64,000 nt of DNA from Adineta ricciae (lineage: Eukaryota). Under the pieces are notes generated by a model. That model was not told where the DNA came from. It was given only the letters and a program-made list of their open reading frames with translations, and did not search any database. Position 1 is the first letter of the stretch, and each line of letters opens with the position of its first letter. The stretch lies in NCBI GenBank assembly GCA_905250025.1, contig CAJNOJ010000062.1, positions 301,974 to 365,973 on the forward strand, read 5' to 3'. This document shows, one piece after another, positions 37,719 to 50,884 of the stretch. A program made the position numbers and the translations under genes.

Positions 37719-38839
37719 ATGGAGGATCTCAATGGCGAACAACAAGAAACGGAATTTGATCAATCTCCGGATGTCGAATCAGTGGATGAAACAACTCAAA
37801 TCGAACAATCACAATCGAAATCCCTTATTGACTCCCTTCTGTTCACTGCAAGCCAACAGGAAAACGAGAAGAATAAGAAGATAAAAACCAGTCGTCAAAA
37901 AGAGCTTGTAATCATATAAGGCTAAATCTGATTTTTCTTCTTTTCTCTTTCTGTATAGGAACGTTTAACAAAAGCAACAAAATCTCTCTTCAGCTGCTGC
38001 GAAGAATTGAATATTGTATGTGAACGGATTGATTCAATACTATCAAATCATCGAACAATACTACTTCCCGTTTGTCGTTCACTAGATAAACGCGATTCCG
38101 GTCGTTTATCTTATGAACAATTTCGACTGAGTAATAAGAAAATTTTCTAGTTGATTGATTATGTTTGAAAAACAACATTTTCATTTGATTGTTAGTTATC
38201 CGAGATCATTTGCCTGCGATGCCATTAGAGGACTTGTTTGTTCTGACGAAATTGTTTCAAATCAACGAGTCTATTGACTATCGAACAATGCTTGATGATA
38301 ACATAAACAATGGCATTCGACGTTTCATTAAACCTTCATCTGTATCTCAATCATCAGAAGTTATTCTTGAAACAACCATTCCAAAAGAACTTCAGCTAAT
38401 GCATAATGATCCGTTACAAACTAATCATTCTAAGTAATTTCAAGATGCTTAACGAGACTGAAATAACTCTTGTCTTTTGCTCAGATGTAGATATCTCGTA
38501 GCGTACCTACGTTTGATTACTTTCGATGCTTATGATGCTCATCCTGGTCATATATATCTGACTATTCCAGATCGAATCAGTATCTACACACTATCGAAAC
38601 TGATCATCGACGAAACGAGTATAATCACACAATCCATAAGTATTTTTCGCGAAAATGTACAAGCACGAGAAACTCTTCTCGATCTGCGATGTTCACTGCA
38701 AAGTCAAGGATACATAGGCGCTGACGAAGACGGTACACGTAACCAGCAATTTCCAAAGTATAAACTCTACTATAATTATCTTCCAATGAACATTTGTCAT
38801 CAATGTCCAATATTGAAATTTAGCTATAAAATGAAATAA
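37719..38839 (+). CDS. Uncharacterised multi-exon gene with an EF-hand-like loop (hypothetical)
   Basis: ORFs at 37719-37919 (acidic), about 37950-38150 (...SLDKRDSGRLSYEQFRL, an EF-hand-like 12-residue loop), 38189-38437 and 38477-38839. Exon joins not verified. Confidence 0.25.
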
Positions 38840-39837
38840 AACAGGATTATATATAACGGAAATGGGAATCATTAAGAAAATATACATAGCTTTTATGTCG
38901 TTACTTTTTGTTCAATAAAAGTGCATTTACTATGTAAACTGTTTTCCCGCAAAGTAGCTATTTGACTTAAGGTAATAGACAAAAAAAATGTGCAGATTAG
39001 TTTCGCTGCGAGACATGGAATAGAAAGGTCGACGGTTAAAGTTTGCGTCAATCATGATCAATATATAGTTGTGTTTTGGCGTTAAGAAAATTATTTCTAC
39101 TGGCATTCAACGTCGCGAACAGGATATTCTTGTACAAAATACTCGATTACATTCGAGTTTCATTTTCCGTCAACTAACAAAAACTAATTATATCCCTAAT
39201 CCATCCTAAGTCCTATTTTTCTCATTAGGATTGAGATCAGCAAAATTACGCAGATAACGACAACTAAATTATATTCATATAACCCATATACACACATTCG
39301 CACAGAGATATACTTAATATTCATTTGAAGTTTTGCTTTTACTCCATAGTCATAGACTAAACATTGTGTAGAATCTTAGTGAAGAAAAATGATATTTCAT
39401 TTCTGAAATCGCGTTGACGAAGATGATAAGGAGAATATTCAAATAACAGTTAGAGTGCTTCTTAATAGTGACAAGGATGATAAAAACGGAGAATGACATA
39501 AGAATAAAAACGATTTACTTGACATTCATTTCGGCTGTTCTTTCTACTCATCAGACCTCTTATATCAAACTGCTCATCTTTTCTCGTTCTTCTCTCGTGA
39601 AATTTATTCGATTGTATGTAGTTCTTCTATTCCGTTCGATGATGATGATCTATCTGCATGCTCAAGAAAACATTCGTCACAGTCAATAATAGTATAGCCA
39701 AAGGCGAATAAGGAAAGGTGATGGTAATGATCAGCATCATAACGGCAATAGAGGCAAAGAGAGATAGAGAAAGAAACTGAGAGATAGATTTAGAGAAAAA
39801 GAATAAGTCGAAGTGCCGTCATTGGATTTTCTTTCTC

Positions 39838-39862
39838 GCTCTCTCTCTCTCTCTCGTTTCCT
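39838..39862. repeat. (CT)n microsatellite
   Basis: The run ctctctctctctctctc is seen directly at 39838-39862. Confidence 0.9.
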
Positions 39863-40070
39863 TCTTCATCTTCTTCTCTATGAAAGAAAATTTTCTCTTT
39901 CTACATGAGTCGGGTACCATTTAAACGATTTCGAGTGCGTCGAATGTCCTTAGAATAATTGATGTCTCAACATACTACTCATAAATGGACATCTATTAAT
40001 CATAGCGACATCAACGTTCATTGAAGTTGAAAGTCGAACAGCAAACTTACGTACCATTCACCAAACTATG

Positions 40071-42324
40071 TCTCGTGCTACCTTTCGGTCGAATAGCACT
40101 AGGCCTTTTTGTAAGTATCAACAATTTTTGTCTTCCTCCGTCCAAATCAAACCATCAGAGAGAATGTGTTTTTTTTTCTCTTATGGTATATTAGATAAAT
40201 AGTTATTGTTCATCTGCAGTATCCTTTGGCCAATTTTTTTTGACATCCATCTATCTTCATTAGAAAACATACAAGCAAAACTTGATCTATGTCAACTCGA
40301 TTAGTTGATTCTTATCTTTTCTTTCGATTCTTGTTAGTTGAAGTGTATCGATGTTATGCATGAGAAAATTTCCATTAGTATTCAGTAGTAAAGACGCATA
40401 TGTGAGGAGAAAAGTCTTCGACTCTTCTTCTTCTTCTTCTCTTCGAACACTGAATTAATTAAAGCATGTTATTGCGATCTGATTATCAACTTCGTATGAA
40501 CTATTATCAAATTATTTATATTAATGAGACGCTTTCAATCGACTAAGACGTTTTAATTTCATTGGAAAAAAGAAAGAAGTTTTCTCCAATGATAAATATA
40601 GATCTTTTTCGCTGAAAAGTCTGTCGAGAAATCTTATCTCTCGTTTGTTCTATTCAAATCAATTATTTAAATGCATAATTCTCTTTCCACATTCTATTTG
40701 TATATCTCTTACTTACATACCTGGGGTGATCACAGTATGTTAACTTATTAGCGTAAAGGACCTTTTCCTCTATCTCGCACACGTTTTTCTTTTCCATCCT
40801 AATGGTTCGTCTCACGCTGTTCTGGACTCCTGCATGTAAAGTTCCTAGATGCGATCACGCATACATCTCCATTTTCGAATCTAATTTGATCGTGTAACGA
40901 AATGAATAATCATACGCATTTAAACTTAGCAAAGAAGAAGAAGAAAAAAAAAACAAATTAATGCTCGTGTCGAGAAGAATTTTTCCAGATGCAAAACTAA
41001 CAGCACCGAGGGAATACAAGCCAGGAAAACACATATCAATAACATGAAAACAAAATTCTATTCATGATGTCATCATATTTTGCTTTGTGTTTTCTTTTTA
41101 TCTGTCGACTTAGATCGAGTTAAAGTTGTCAACGGAATGTGTTCGACACCATCAATAGACGGAATTGAGAATCTTCATCTACTCAACGTTCTTAATTGGT
41201 CACCGTTAGAAGATTTCTCAGTCCAAAAATCATCGCTTACGATTAAAGACGATAATGACGCAAAATTGAAGAATTCCTACAATGCTGTGCAACTTTCCAT
41301 TGAATTGCAAAAGAAAATGCTAAAGTAAACTCGAAATGGGATGCGAATTTTGCGAATATCGTTCTCTTTTCTTCTAGCCTAAAAGCCCTATTTGTTGATT
41401 CATCCGGTCATCTTGTAAATTATACACAATTACGTTGTAGTAGTGTTTTTAGCGATTTATCCGACATGGCGAAGTATCTCACGACAATCAATCTCGACAA
41501 TGTTACTGAAAACGAACGTAAAACATTCTTTATCAGTAAGTAGAAGTTTTGAAACGAATAGTTGAGTGTCGAAAAGTGAAAGCGATGGTTTTGTTTAAGA
41601 TTTGTACAATGTTTTGACTATACATGGAATTGTCTCATTAAATGATTTACCGAAATCAGTGTTCGATTTGAATCAATTCTGGAAAACAACAGCTTATAAG
41701 ATCGGGCCGCATATCTATTCGTTAGACGACATCGAACATGGAATCTTACGAGGTTCGATGAACTTTTCACATTGAATGAACCAAGATAAGAGAAATCTGT
41801 TTTTCATTTAGGTAATAAACCTCATTCGAATTGTACACAACGACATTTTACATACAATGATCCTCGTACAAGATACGCGATGCGTCGTTGTGATCCACGT
41901 ATTCATTTTGCATTGAATTGCGGAGCACGTTCATGTCCAATTATATCGATTTATTCATCGACAAATCTTGAGAAAGCTTTAAATATGTCCACAACATCGT
42001 ACTGTAATGCAGAAATCGATATTATTCCTGAGAATGCCGAAATTCACCTATCGAAAATCTTCCTCTGGTACAAAAGTGATTTTGGTCGTACCGAATCCGA
42101 AGTTCTTAGGTAAATCTTTCATTTTCTTTCGACAACGGGCCCAATCTCTTATTTAGATGGATTGCAAATTATATTGATGAGCCCAAACAATCCTTATTGA
42201 AAACTGTGCTCGAACAACATGGGACAAAAGACGGAATACACATATCATATAAAATCTATGACTGGATGTTAAATAACCACGATGGTTTAATATCGAATGC
42301 GATTGATGTCGATCTTTGTCAATG
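40071..42324 (+). CDS. DUF547 domain-containing protein, 6 exons with an about 1-kb first intron
   Basis: Exons 40071-40113 (MSRATFRSNSTRPF, donor GTAAGT), about 41118-41325, 41391-41527 (LKALFVDSSGHLVNYTQLRCSSVFSDLSDMAKYL...), about 41589-41746 (NLYNVLTIHGIVSLNDLPKSVFDLNQFWKTTAYKIGPHIYSLDDIEHGILRG, matching the DUF547 core INLYNAL...YSL.DIEHGILRG), about 41813-42113 (RCDPRIHFALNCGARSCPII...FLWYKSDFG) and about 42152-42324 (stop). Phases checked at three junctions. Confidence 0.75.
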
Positions 42325-42809
42325 AAATGACGATTCTCACCAATCGATCATTGAATTAGTACTGATAACAAAGGAAGAAGACAATCTATTTTTGTTTTGT
42401 GAATAAGATTAATAAAAAAAAAACAGGGCGACGGAGAAGAACAAAAGGATAATTTATTTCAATAATGCAAAACCCAAAAGGTGAAATTGTCGACTAGAAA
42501 GGCACAACATCAAACATTGAAAACAAAAATCAATCCATTCTGTTGATATGCACTTCTGTGGAAGGTGATTCTGATATGTTAACTATCACAAAGCGATAGA
42601 TTAGAAGAAAGCAAAATGATATGCATGATATTGATCATGGATGAATGACATTTGCATCTGACTACTCACGAAAACAAAATCAATGGAGAATCTACCTCCA
42701 TAAAATCAACCAGATTTAGTATGGTATGTAAGGGAGAAAAGAAAAGAAAACCAAATGAAACAACATTCACCGGTGGGGTTAACACTATATGAATATATAC
42801 GAACTAAGA

Positions 42810-44780
42810 TTAATCGTAAGCACTTAGACCTTCTTGACTTTGAGAAAATGAGTTATTAACCAGCATGGATGGTTCGGCTAAGTATTGCTGGCCTGTTGCT
42901 GGTCGAATAACTCGATAGTGCAATTCATCGGTTGTCGAACTCTCTCTCAATGGCAAAATCTCGTTTGGTATATCAACAAGACAATGAAAAATATCATATT
43001 TAGGTGGTAAAATGCGTCTTTCGAAAAGACACTTAACTAATTGAGAAACAATTAATATTGTTGCCAACGATATAAGCATGCATAAACTTTTCGGTGGAAT
43101 GTATGGACCAAAATGAATTGTTGCTGGAATACCTAACAACGGTTCACCAATTAGAAATCGAAAGAAAAAGCCAACGATGTATGCTGCCAGTGACCCATAA
43201 GTATTCGTGTGTGGAACATAGACCACACAGAGCAATTGAGGAAATAATATGACATAGACGAGATCCGAACTTAAATACCAAAGAACGTAAATAGATGACA
43301 CAAGGATGCCAATGCAAGCTGCGCCAATGCCAACAAGAAATATACCAATACGCATGACAAGTAATACTTCTCTTTCCGATGCCTGTATTATTTAAAGAAA
43401 GAAACTAAGAGGATGATCTTAAAGGAAAAGGCAAGCATACCTGATCACGAAAAACAAGTTTCCAAATGTTTCGAGCAAACATGGAACTAGCGCTGAGCAC
43501 GCTTGAATCAGCGCTCGACATAACTGCAGCAGAAACTGCGCCTAAGCCGATGAAGGCGATGAATTTTGGACATAGATGCAGAAGAACCAATGGTAAAATC
43601 AATTTCGTCACTTCAGGTGAATGAATATCTTTCTTGATATCATAGTCAGTCATATTCCAATCTTTAATACACAAACTGAAGTCTAAACACATTTATACCG
43701 AAAGAATATTTTCTACAAACCGGCAGATTTTGCGATCGCTCCTATGAGTATAGGTGGTATTGCTAATACAATGCATCCGACCGCAGCGCAGAATGACAAA
43801 TACATTGCCTTTTTCGCTGATTTTGCTGATAGTACACGTTGAAAATACACCTAAAAAAGTATCGCTCAATTAGTTCATCATAATATCTGTTACACGCAAT
43901 GCCACAAAAAATTCTCACATTCTAATAATCACACACATCTACATAAGGACAAGAAATCAAGCTATTCTATATACCTGCCAGGGTATTCCACCGAAAATTA
44001 ATAGCAACATATTATCTGTCCATTCTACCATTTGTGATTTATCGAGATGCCCACGCCATTCAGGCCATGTAGTAACGATATCGCCAACACTTTTGTGTTG
44101 CATAGCAAATGGAACAGCAATCCACAGGCCAATAAAGATAAAACCGAGTTGAACAACGTCTGTATAGGCTACCGAATACAATCCACCGAAGAGCGTATAG
44201 ATGATGACAACGGCAGCTAAATTACCAAATAATCAATTACTGTTTTTCTAAAATAATATGATATCAAAGTTGAATATTTACCTGACAAAACAATAGATGC
44301 TGTTATGGAAATATCGGTGAAAATAACACTGATTGTTGCTCCTAACGCGGACAAAATCGCTGCCGACCAGAAGACTTCTCCGAGCAAAGCTGGAATAAAC
44401 AAAAGCCCGCCCATCCGTTGTCCATATTTACGTTGAAATGGATCAAGCATAGTAACATATCCCGCATCTCGCATCGGCTGTGCGAATAGTAACCCACCAA
44501 CAATTAAACTAACTGCATAACCAATCGGTGCTTGACAAGCAAGCAGACCAGTGGAAAAAACTTGTTCAGCAGTACCGTTTATGTAAGCTCCTCCTACCCA
44601 TGTAGCTGTCATTGTAAAGATACCGACTAGTAGGCCAATGTTTCTTCCCGCTAGCATAATTTCTTCGGTATCGGGCGATGCTTCCGATGATTTTTGCTTT
44701 TTTCCGGCCCATATTCCCACAAGTAGAATTAAAATATAAAAAATGGCAATGGCCACCAGACCACCAAGATGTACAATCAT
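42810..44780 (-). CDS. SLC5A7: High-affinity choline transporter (SLC5A7/CHT1-like, sodium:solute symporter family), 5 coding exons: 44780..44282, 44216..43975, 43850..43721, 43682..43441, 43382..42810
   Basis: [32 protein letters not shown]...[37 protein letters not shown]...[68 protein letters not shown] is near-collinear with vertebrate CHT1. Later exons give [32 protein letters not shown]|[20 protein letters not shown] and [31 protein letters not shown] (identical core to human CHT1). Last exon [23 protein letters not shown]. Donors and acceptors located, phases consistent. Confidence 0.9.
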
Positions 44781-45237
44781 CGTCTAAAGAAAATGGCTAA
44801 ATCCGTTTTCTTGTTACATCGAAGAAAAAGACTGAATGAATAGTATCTTCTAACCGGAAGTTTCCTTTGCCAATGGGAAATTAGTGGAAAACGAGTAGAG
44901 CAGAAAAATGGTGAAGTATCATAGAAAGATAATGGTATTCAAAAACGAGAATAACATTATTGTTTAATGTCATTCGAAGTTCTCGTTTCTTTTTTTTCTT
45001 TCTTCTTCTCCTCCTCCTCCTCATCTTTTTCTTCGTCTCTTTTTTACATTCAGCTTTTTGAACTGAATCAGACAAATTTTTCTTAGCAATTAGTTTTCTC
45101 TAAAAAAATTATAGACAATAAACTTACGGACGACTTGATCGTATATTTGTATTTTACGGGTTGATGTTTGTTCCCGTTTGTGTTCCTTTCTATCTCAATT
45201 CTACTTCTATCACAATGAACATCATGTTAGTTTCTTT

Positions 45238-45330
45238 GTCGCTCGCTTTTCTCTCTCTCTCTCTCTCTTCTGCTCCCTCTTTTTTCCTTTTCCTCCCTCT
45301 TCTCTCTCTCTCTCTCTCTTTGGAAGTGCG
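45238..45330. repeat. Compound (CT)n / C+T-rich microsatellite tract in the 5' flank of the choline transporter gene
   Basis: ctctctctctctctcttctgctccctc...ctctctctctctctctctctttgg seen directly. It lies about 460-550 nt upstream of the SLC5A7-like ATG (44780, minus strand). Confidence 0.9.
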
Positions 45331-46224
45331 TGCACCGCGCGGTTTAACGGAGAAGATTGTGCCTTGGAACAGTAACTAGACAATTTATTTATTTGATTAT
45401 AGATATATATTCCATAAGAACATCGCCGAGATTAGACCGAAAAAGCACGATTTGTTTTTCAATAGTTCTGTTCATACAACTCGATTGTGGAAGAAGAGGA
45501 ATGAGCAGACGTCTTCTTTTTCTCGTTTTTTTTTCTCTTCTTGATGATAACATGCCGGTCGAGATTGAGCACGGTTGGAATGGCAAGCATCGTTCCAAAG
45601 ATAGACTAAATATGACAAGGGAATTCGAACGAAAGAAATAGAGAAGAGAATCAGATAAATAAAGATAGATAGATAGAAAATTCTGCTTGGTTTTCTTTCG
45701 CAAAAAGAAAGAACAAACAATTCCGTTTCGACGAACCTTAACTTTCTTTTCGTATATTTAACCTTGAACGAGTATTCTTCTCATCAGAAGAAAAGTTCAT
45801 TTTCAGCGAAACGATTAACTCAATTATAACTCACAAATTCAAGAGTGAAGATAGCTGTTACTTTTCAGCGAGGATAGCACGAAGTCTCGCTCATGCTTTG
45901 CCGACTGTTGCATAATTTGAAACGGGGGTAGAATATTATCCGTGATAATGACAGCTGATGATGCTAATAGCAAATAATAAATCTTTTTCATTTTTGTTCA
46001 ATTACTAATGAGGATTTTCTTCTGTATGATCTTCTGAATAATATCCTAGTAGATTATACTATAAAGAACAATCGATTTATTCTAAAAAAAAATATGAGAG
46101 TATATCGCAAATAGTAATTTATATAACTTATCAAAAGAATTACAAGGAAAATTGAAACGAAGTATTGCTTGTGAGCTTTGGACGAGTAGATCAAAGATAG
46201 AAAAACAACGAGTTGATTTACAAA

Positions 46225-49200
46225 TTACACGGATGATTCTTGAGTACTAACTATGTTTAACAAAGTTAGTGGTAGGTCTTGCAAAGCCAGTTTATTATCA
46301 ATGAGAACGCCGATAGTTCCATTTAAAGATAATGGAATCTTGCCGGCTAAGAGAGGAGGTAGCAACGCTACCATTGTTGATAATTTCGCAGTAATTTTGA
46401 CTTCTATGTAGTCAGTTGTGATTTCCTCATAGGGACCAATTTTAATAAGCGTAGTACTGGTAACAGTACCAATTTGTTTGTCTTCATTCAATATCTCGCC
46501 AAAATCAGCTCGGACGTCCATTTTTGTTACAGCTATAGACGAACTAAATGGATTTTTCAATACGAGTCGCGTTGAGAGTGTTTTAACAGTGCCAAGTGGA
46601 ATACCAATTATTTGAACTCCAGACAGTTTTTTCAGAAGAATTTCCCGTACAAGTGTTCTCTCGTTACGAAGGCCGGGAACAGTGGCGTGAATTTGTAGAC
46701 CAGCAATAGCTGTGGATAGTAACGAAACAGACGTGCCTACTGAATTATTTGGTAATATTCCACGCAGTTCGACATCATTATCTATTCCACATATCATATC
46801 AGAAATAAATTGATGAGCTACAACTGTATTGCTGGGTGTTATAGCGAATGTGCCTGTTGCATTCAATATTGTACTATTTCCTTGAGGATCAAGATAGAAT
46901 GGATCGATAATCACTAAACCAAGAGAGACTCCACTTTTTACATCTCGTAAATCGAGCGAAAGACGACCAGCATCACGAATATTAACAACCGATGGATTTG
47001 TTATTTTGGTTTTCACACGAAGTGCTAGTTCGTTGGATGACATGGCTCCCGATAGGTCAATATTATCAATATGTAAAAGTCCTTTGTCGAATCGATCATA
47101 ACCCGTCAGCTTAACAGTATCACTCACTGGAATATCTGTTAAAGTAATATGCCCGATTTCAATCTCGGCTACTGCTGCAGCTGTGCCTTGAATTGTTATC
47201 GATACACTTGTGTTCAAAACAAGCTGAGCTGAAAATGCTTTGAATGATTCCTGATCGAGTACAATCAGTTCTTCTTTCGAAAAACTCATCGAAAGTTCAT
47301 TCGTTGTTTGATTATGCTTAACAGGTAAATCATGAAGAATCATGTGGCTCATACTGGGTCCGTTATTAAAACGTATCACATAGTCAATGCTTGTTGTTAA
47401 TGCTTTGAAAGTCATATGGACGTTGGATGGTAATTCAAATAGAACTGACAACTGACCAGTGACATAAACACGGCTGACATTTTGCCGATCGAATTCAATA
47501 CCAAAATCGAGAACTTCAACTTGACGGATCAACTGCGTTTGAATTCCATCAAGATCGGCAGACATTGAAAGACCGCTAACAGTCAAATCCATACCAGTTG
47601 GTTCCGTTGCTGTAGACAAATCATGAAACAATCGAACTGACTGTGTTTGACTATTGAGATATGCAGAAAAGAATTTACCAACAACGGGTAAATCACTTTC
47701 CTGTCTGGGGGCAAGTAGACTACGAACAAGAGAACACTATTAACGAACATTTACTTCTCGTACTACTAAACTGACCCGTGAAGTATTATGTTGTTGCTGC
47801 CTGGTTTCAAAGCTAGCACACTAATGGGTACTCGACCAATAACCGTTTCTGTGTTCCCATCGGCCATCAAAAGTTCGAAATTTTCAAGTTGAACATCAGT
47901 GACACCTGGATTGCCAATAGTTGTATTAATTAAAAGTTGGAGAGCGTTATCTTTTTCTCCATCAACTATGATACTATGCACGCGTACATCTCGAAGGCCT
48001 TCGAGACCCACCAATGAAACAGTATTCTCAACAGTGATACCTTTACTATTCAGAGGACCGAGTGCAAATGAACCAGCGATCGAGGCAGTTCCAGCAACAC
48101 GAAATGAAATCGGAGTCGCTCTATCAGCAGTGATAAAATCTTGTGCAAATTTCTCATACGCTTTTCCTGTATTCGATATTAATAAGTATTTATTCTCAAA
48201 TTGTGATGAAAATGTACTATGACCGATTTGTTTCACTGGTGCTTGAGAAACGTTTAACATACCAACGGGATTGTTATCATAATAAAGAAACACACTCATG
48301 TCCATCGTTTGAATCTCTAGTGGAGATTGCTGACCGAGCGGTGAATTGATCTTAATCGTAATCGACGCTGACAACATCACCGTCTTTTCAGTTGCCGATG
48401 GAATAAGTGACATCGAATCGAATACTAATGAAGGAATCAATTGTTCATCGAAGGGTGGCATAGGTACAACTAATGAAAGACCTTCCATGCCACTGGCAAG
48501 TAAAGAATATGAAGTTGCGTTTGGTCCAGCTACCGCGCCTACTCGACTTGTTTTTCCTGTTAGGAAGTTTTCGATGACAGAGGAAAGTGCAGCATATGCT
48601 TCAGAAGATGCTGATTGAAGTTCGCCAGTTAAAGGTACAACATTCGAACCAGGAACTAAAGTAATATTACGACTAATTGATTTCGCATAGCCAATGGACT
48701 GATTATTATAACGTAAGGAAAATTGTAGAGCACCTAAAGAATATGAATTAAGAAGATATGTAGACAAAGATCTTCTGTACCGAGATCTATTGTAAATATC
48801 GATGGATTGGCAATTTCGATGACAATATCGACAATAATATTCTTTGTGGTCGAACGACGAAGATCGACTTCCTGAATACTTACATTTCGAAGACCGTTTA
48901 AAGCATCGAGTTTAACTTTCTTATTGAACGGAATATTTGAATAGACAGGCATCGCCGATGATATTGGTTGAATAGTAGATTTCGCTTTCAGAAACCATAC
49001 AACCTCCGATTCAAACAGAAGAGAACGAGTAAAATCATCAAACAATCTTTGCTCAGTTACAACAAATGGCGAATCAATTGGAACTATTGTCGGTTTACTA
49101 TCATCACCAGTAATCTTAATCGACTGTTCATTTCGTACAACTCCAACATCATCAACATGAATAACCAATGGTGAAAGAATCGTTGCAGCAATCGATCCTG

Positions 49201-49651
49201 TTCGAGACAATTCCAATTCTGCACGGAGACGAAAACTGTCATTTTTAATATCTTCAATATTAATCCATCGGAAAGATAATTCAACTTTCTCGATCGTTGA
49301 ACGAACAATAGCCGGAACAATAACGTAAAGTACAAGTAAAGCACCGACAAGGATTAGAAGTAGAATAATTGCGATACATAGAAGAATAAAATATTTTCGC
49401 CGCATTTTGATACCTTTAAAACGGCCACACATTGTGCACAATCTGACTTTCTTCGTCGACGATTTCATTGGTAGATCGAGCCAATTGACTTCCTCTTCCT
49501 CATCATTGAACGATGTGACTATGTTTTCTTTATCACTAGAGTTCTTGAAACTAGTTTTTACATAATCCCTTTCATAACCGTCAGTGTAATCATTCGTCTT
49601 GCTAGATGTTTTTATATAAGCTACCGAAGGATCCGATTTTTTTCCACCCAT
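46225..49651 (-). CDS. Large (about 1100 aa) type-II single-pass membrane protein whose ectodomain is built from repeated beta-rich modules with ...NP... strand motifs resembling LEA_2/WHy (DUF3712-like) domains, 3 exons
   Basis: First ATG at 49651 (MGGKKSDPSV...). TM anchor YFILLCIAIILLLILVGALLVLYVIVPAIV. Exon 1 ends about 48784, exon 2 about 48732..47770, exon 3 about 47631..46225 (stop). Repeated motifs IEIANPSIFTIDLGT, TTIGNPGVTDVQLENFELLMADG, KTKITNPSVVNIRDAGRLSLDL and LVLKNPFSSSIAVTKMDVRADFG each sit about 100-120 aa apart. Family call tentative. Confidence 0.6.
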
Positions 49652-50884
49652 TGTTGAGTTTACGTTTGGAAAGAGAATCGAGATGTAACACACAAAATCA
49701 AGACAGCCTGCGAGAATTTCGTTTTCGTTTTATGCACTGTCATATCACTATCTTCACTGTTTCCTCGACAAATTCACGAATATTGATAAGCCGTTGTCAT
49801 ACGAAGTCACTATCAGTCGTAGATAAAGAGAAAACATCATGTATCACTGTAACGAATAATGTCGTCATTGAAAATTGAAGATTACTTTCAAGTGTAAGTC
49901 ACACTAACATTTGCGCCCGTTCGTGCTCAAGCTCAAAGTCCACAAACTTACATCCATAACGCTAACACGACAATCCATCGATCCACTTTACCTTAGTTAT
50001 ATTATACTCATACGAGTGATAGAGAAACTCTTGGACAAATAATGTAGATGATATAATCACGTGTTATGTCGAAAGCTGAAAGTTGCTTCGATATCTTACA
50101 AAGATTTGTATATTATCATGAATTATTCTGCATTATGATGCGCATGAAATGTTCATGAGAGAAAAATAACACTTTAGAGTATTTCATATAAGATAGAAAA
50201 CGTTACACATTCTTAACAACATGTTCTCTTCTTGTATAATTATTCATATAGATTGATCATCGCTACTATTTTTCATCTGTCGAGATGCTCTATTATTACA
50301 CTTATATAAAGCATCATTTGCGTCTTTATCAGGTGTCATTACTGAACACTAGAAGACTTTTCTCATTCTTTATCTGGAAAGACGTTTTCCTGAGTGATTA
50401 TGTCTAACATTTGTATAAAGATTTGTCTATTTACTGAGCTTTGCTGTTAATATCATCAAAGCGATTGCTTTTTGATGTGTAACGTCTGAAAAGCGGAATA
50501 AAATAATCTGTAAACTAGTTTTTTTTTCAGTCGCTGTTCTTTCCTACGAACTACAGTTATAGAATGTTTTGCATTTTATTTTCAATTTCATGATTGGAAC
50601 AAGTTTCCCACTTCCCGAACAGCCTGTTTCATTTCTATTAATTTCTTCAATTTTTAAATCTTATTTTAGTATGCGAGCTTGGTAAAGCGTGAAAATTATA
50701 AAAGAAGGAAGGAAAAAAACGGGGGAGCGTGACACAAACACAAATAGATCGTTCTCCGTGAACTCATCCCTACGGCAGCACGATAACCCGGCTCTTCCGG
50801 GTAAATCATGGCACAGGTACGTAAATTTAAATCTACAATCGTTTTTCTCCGAACAAACAATATATTGTTTATGAATGATTCTAG

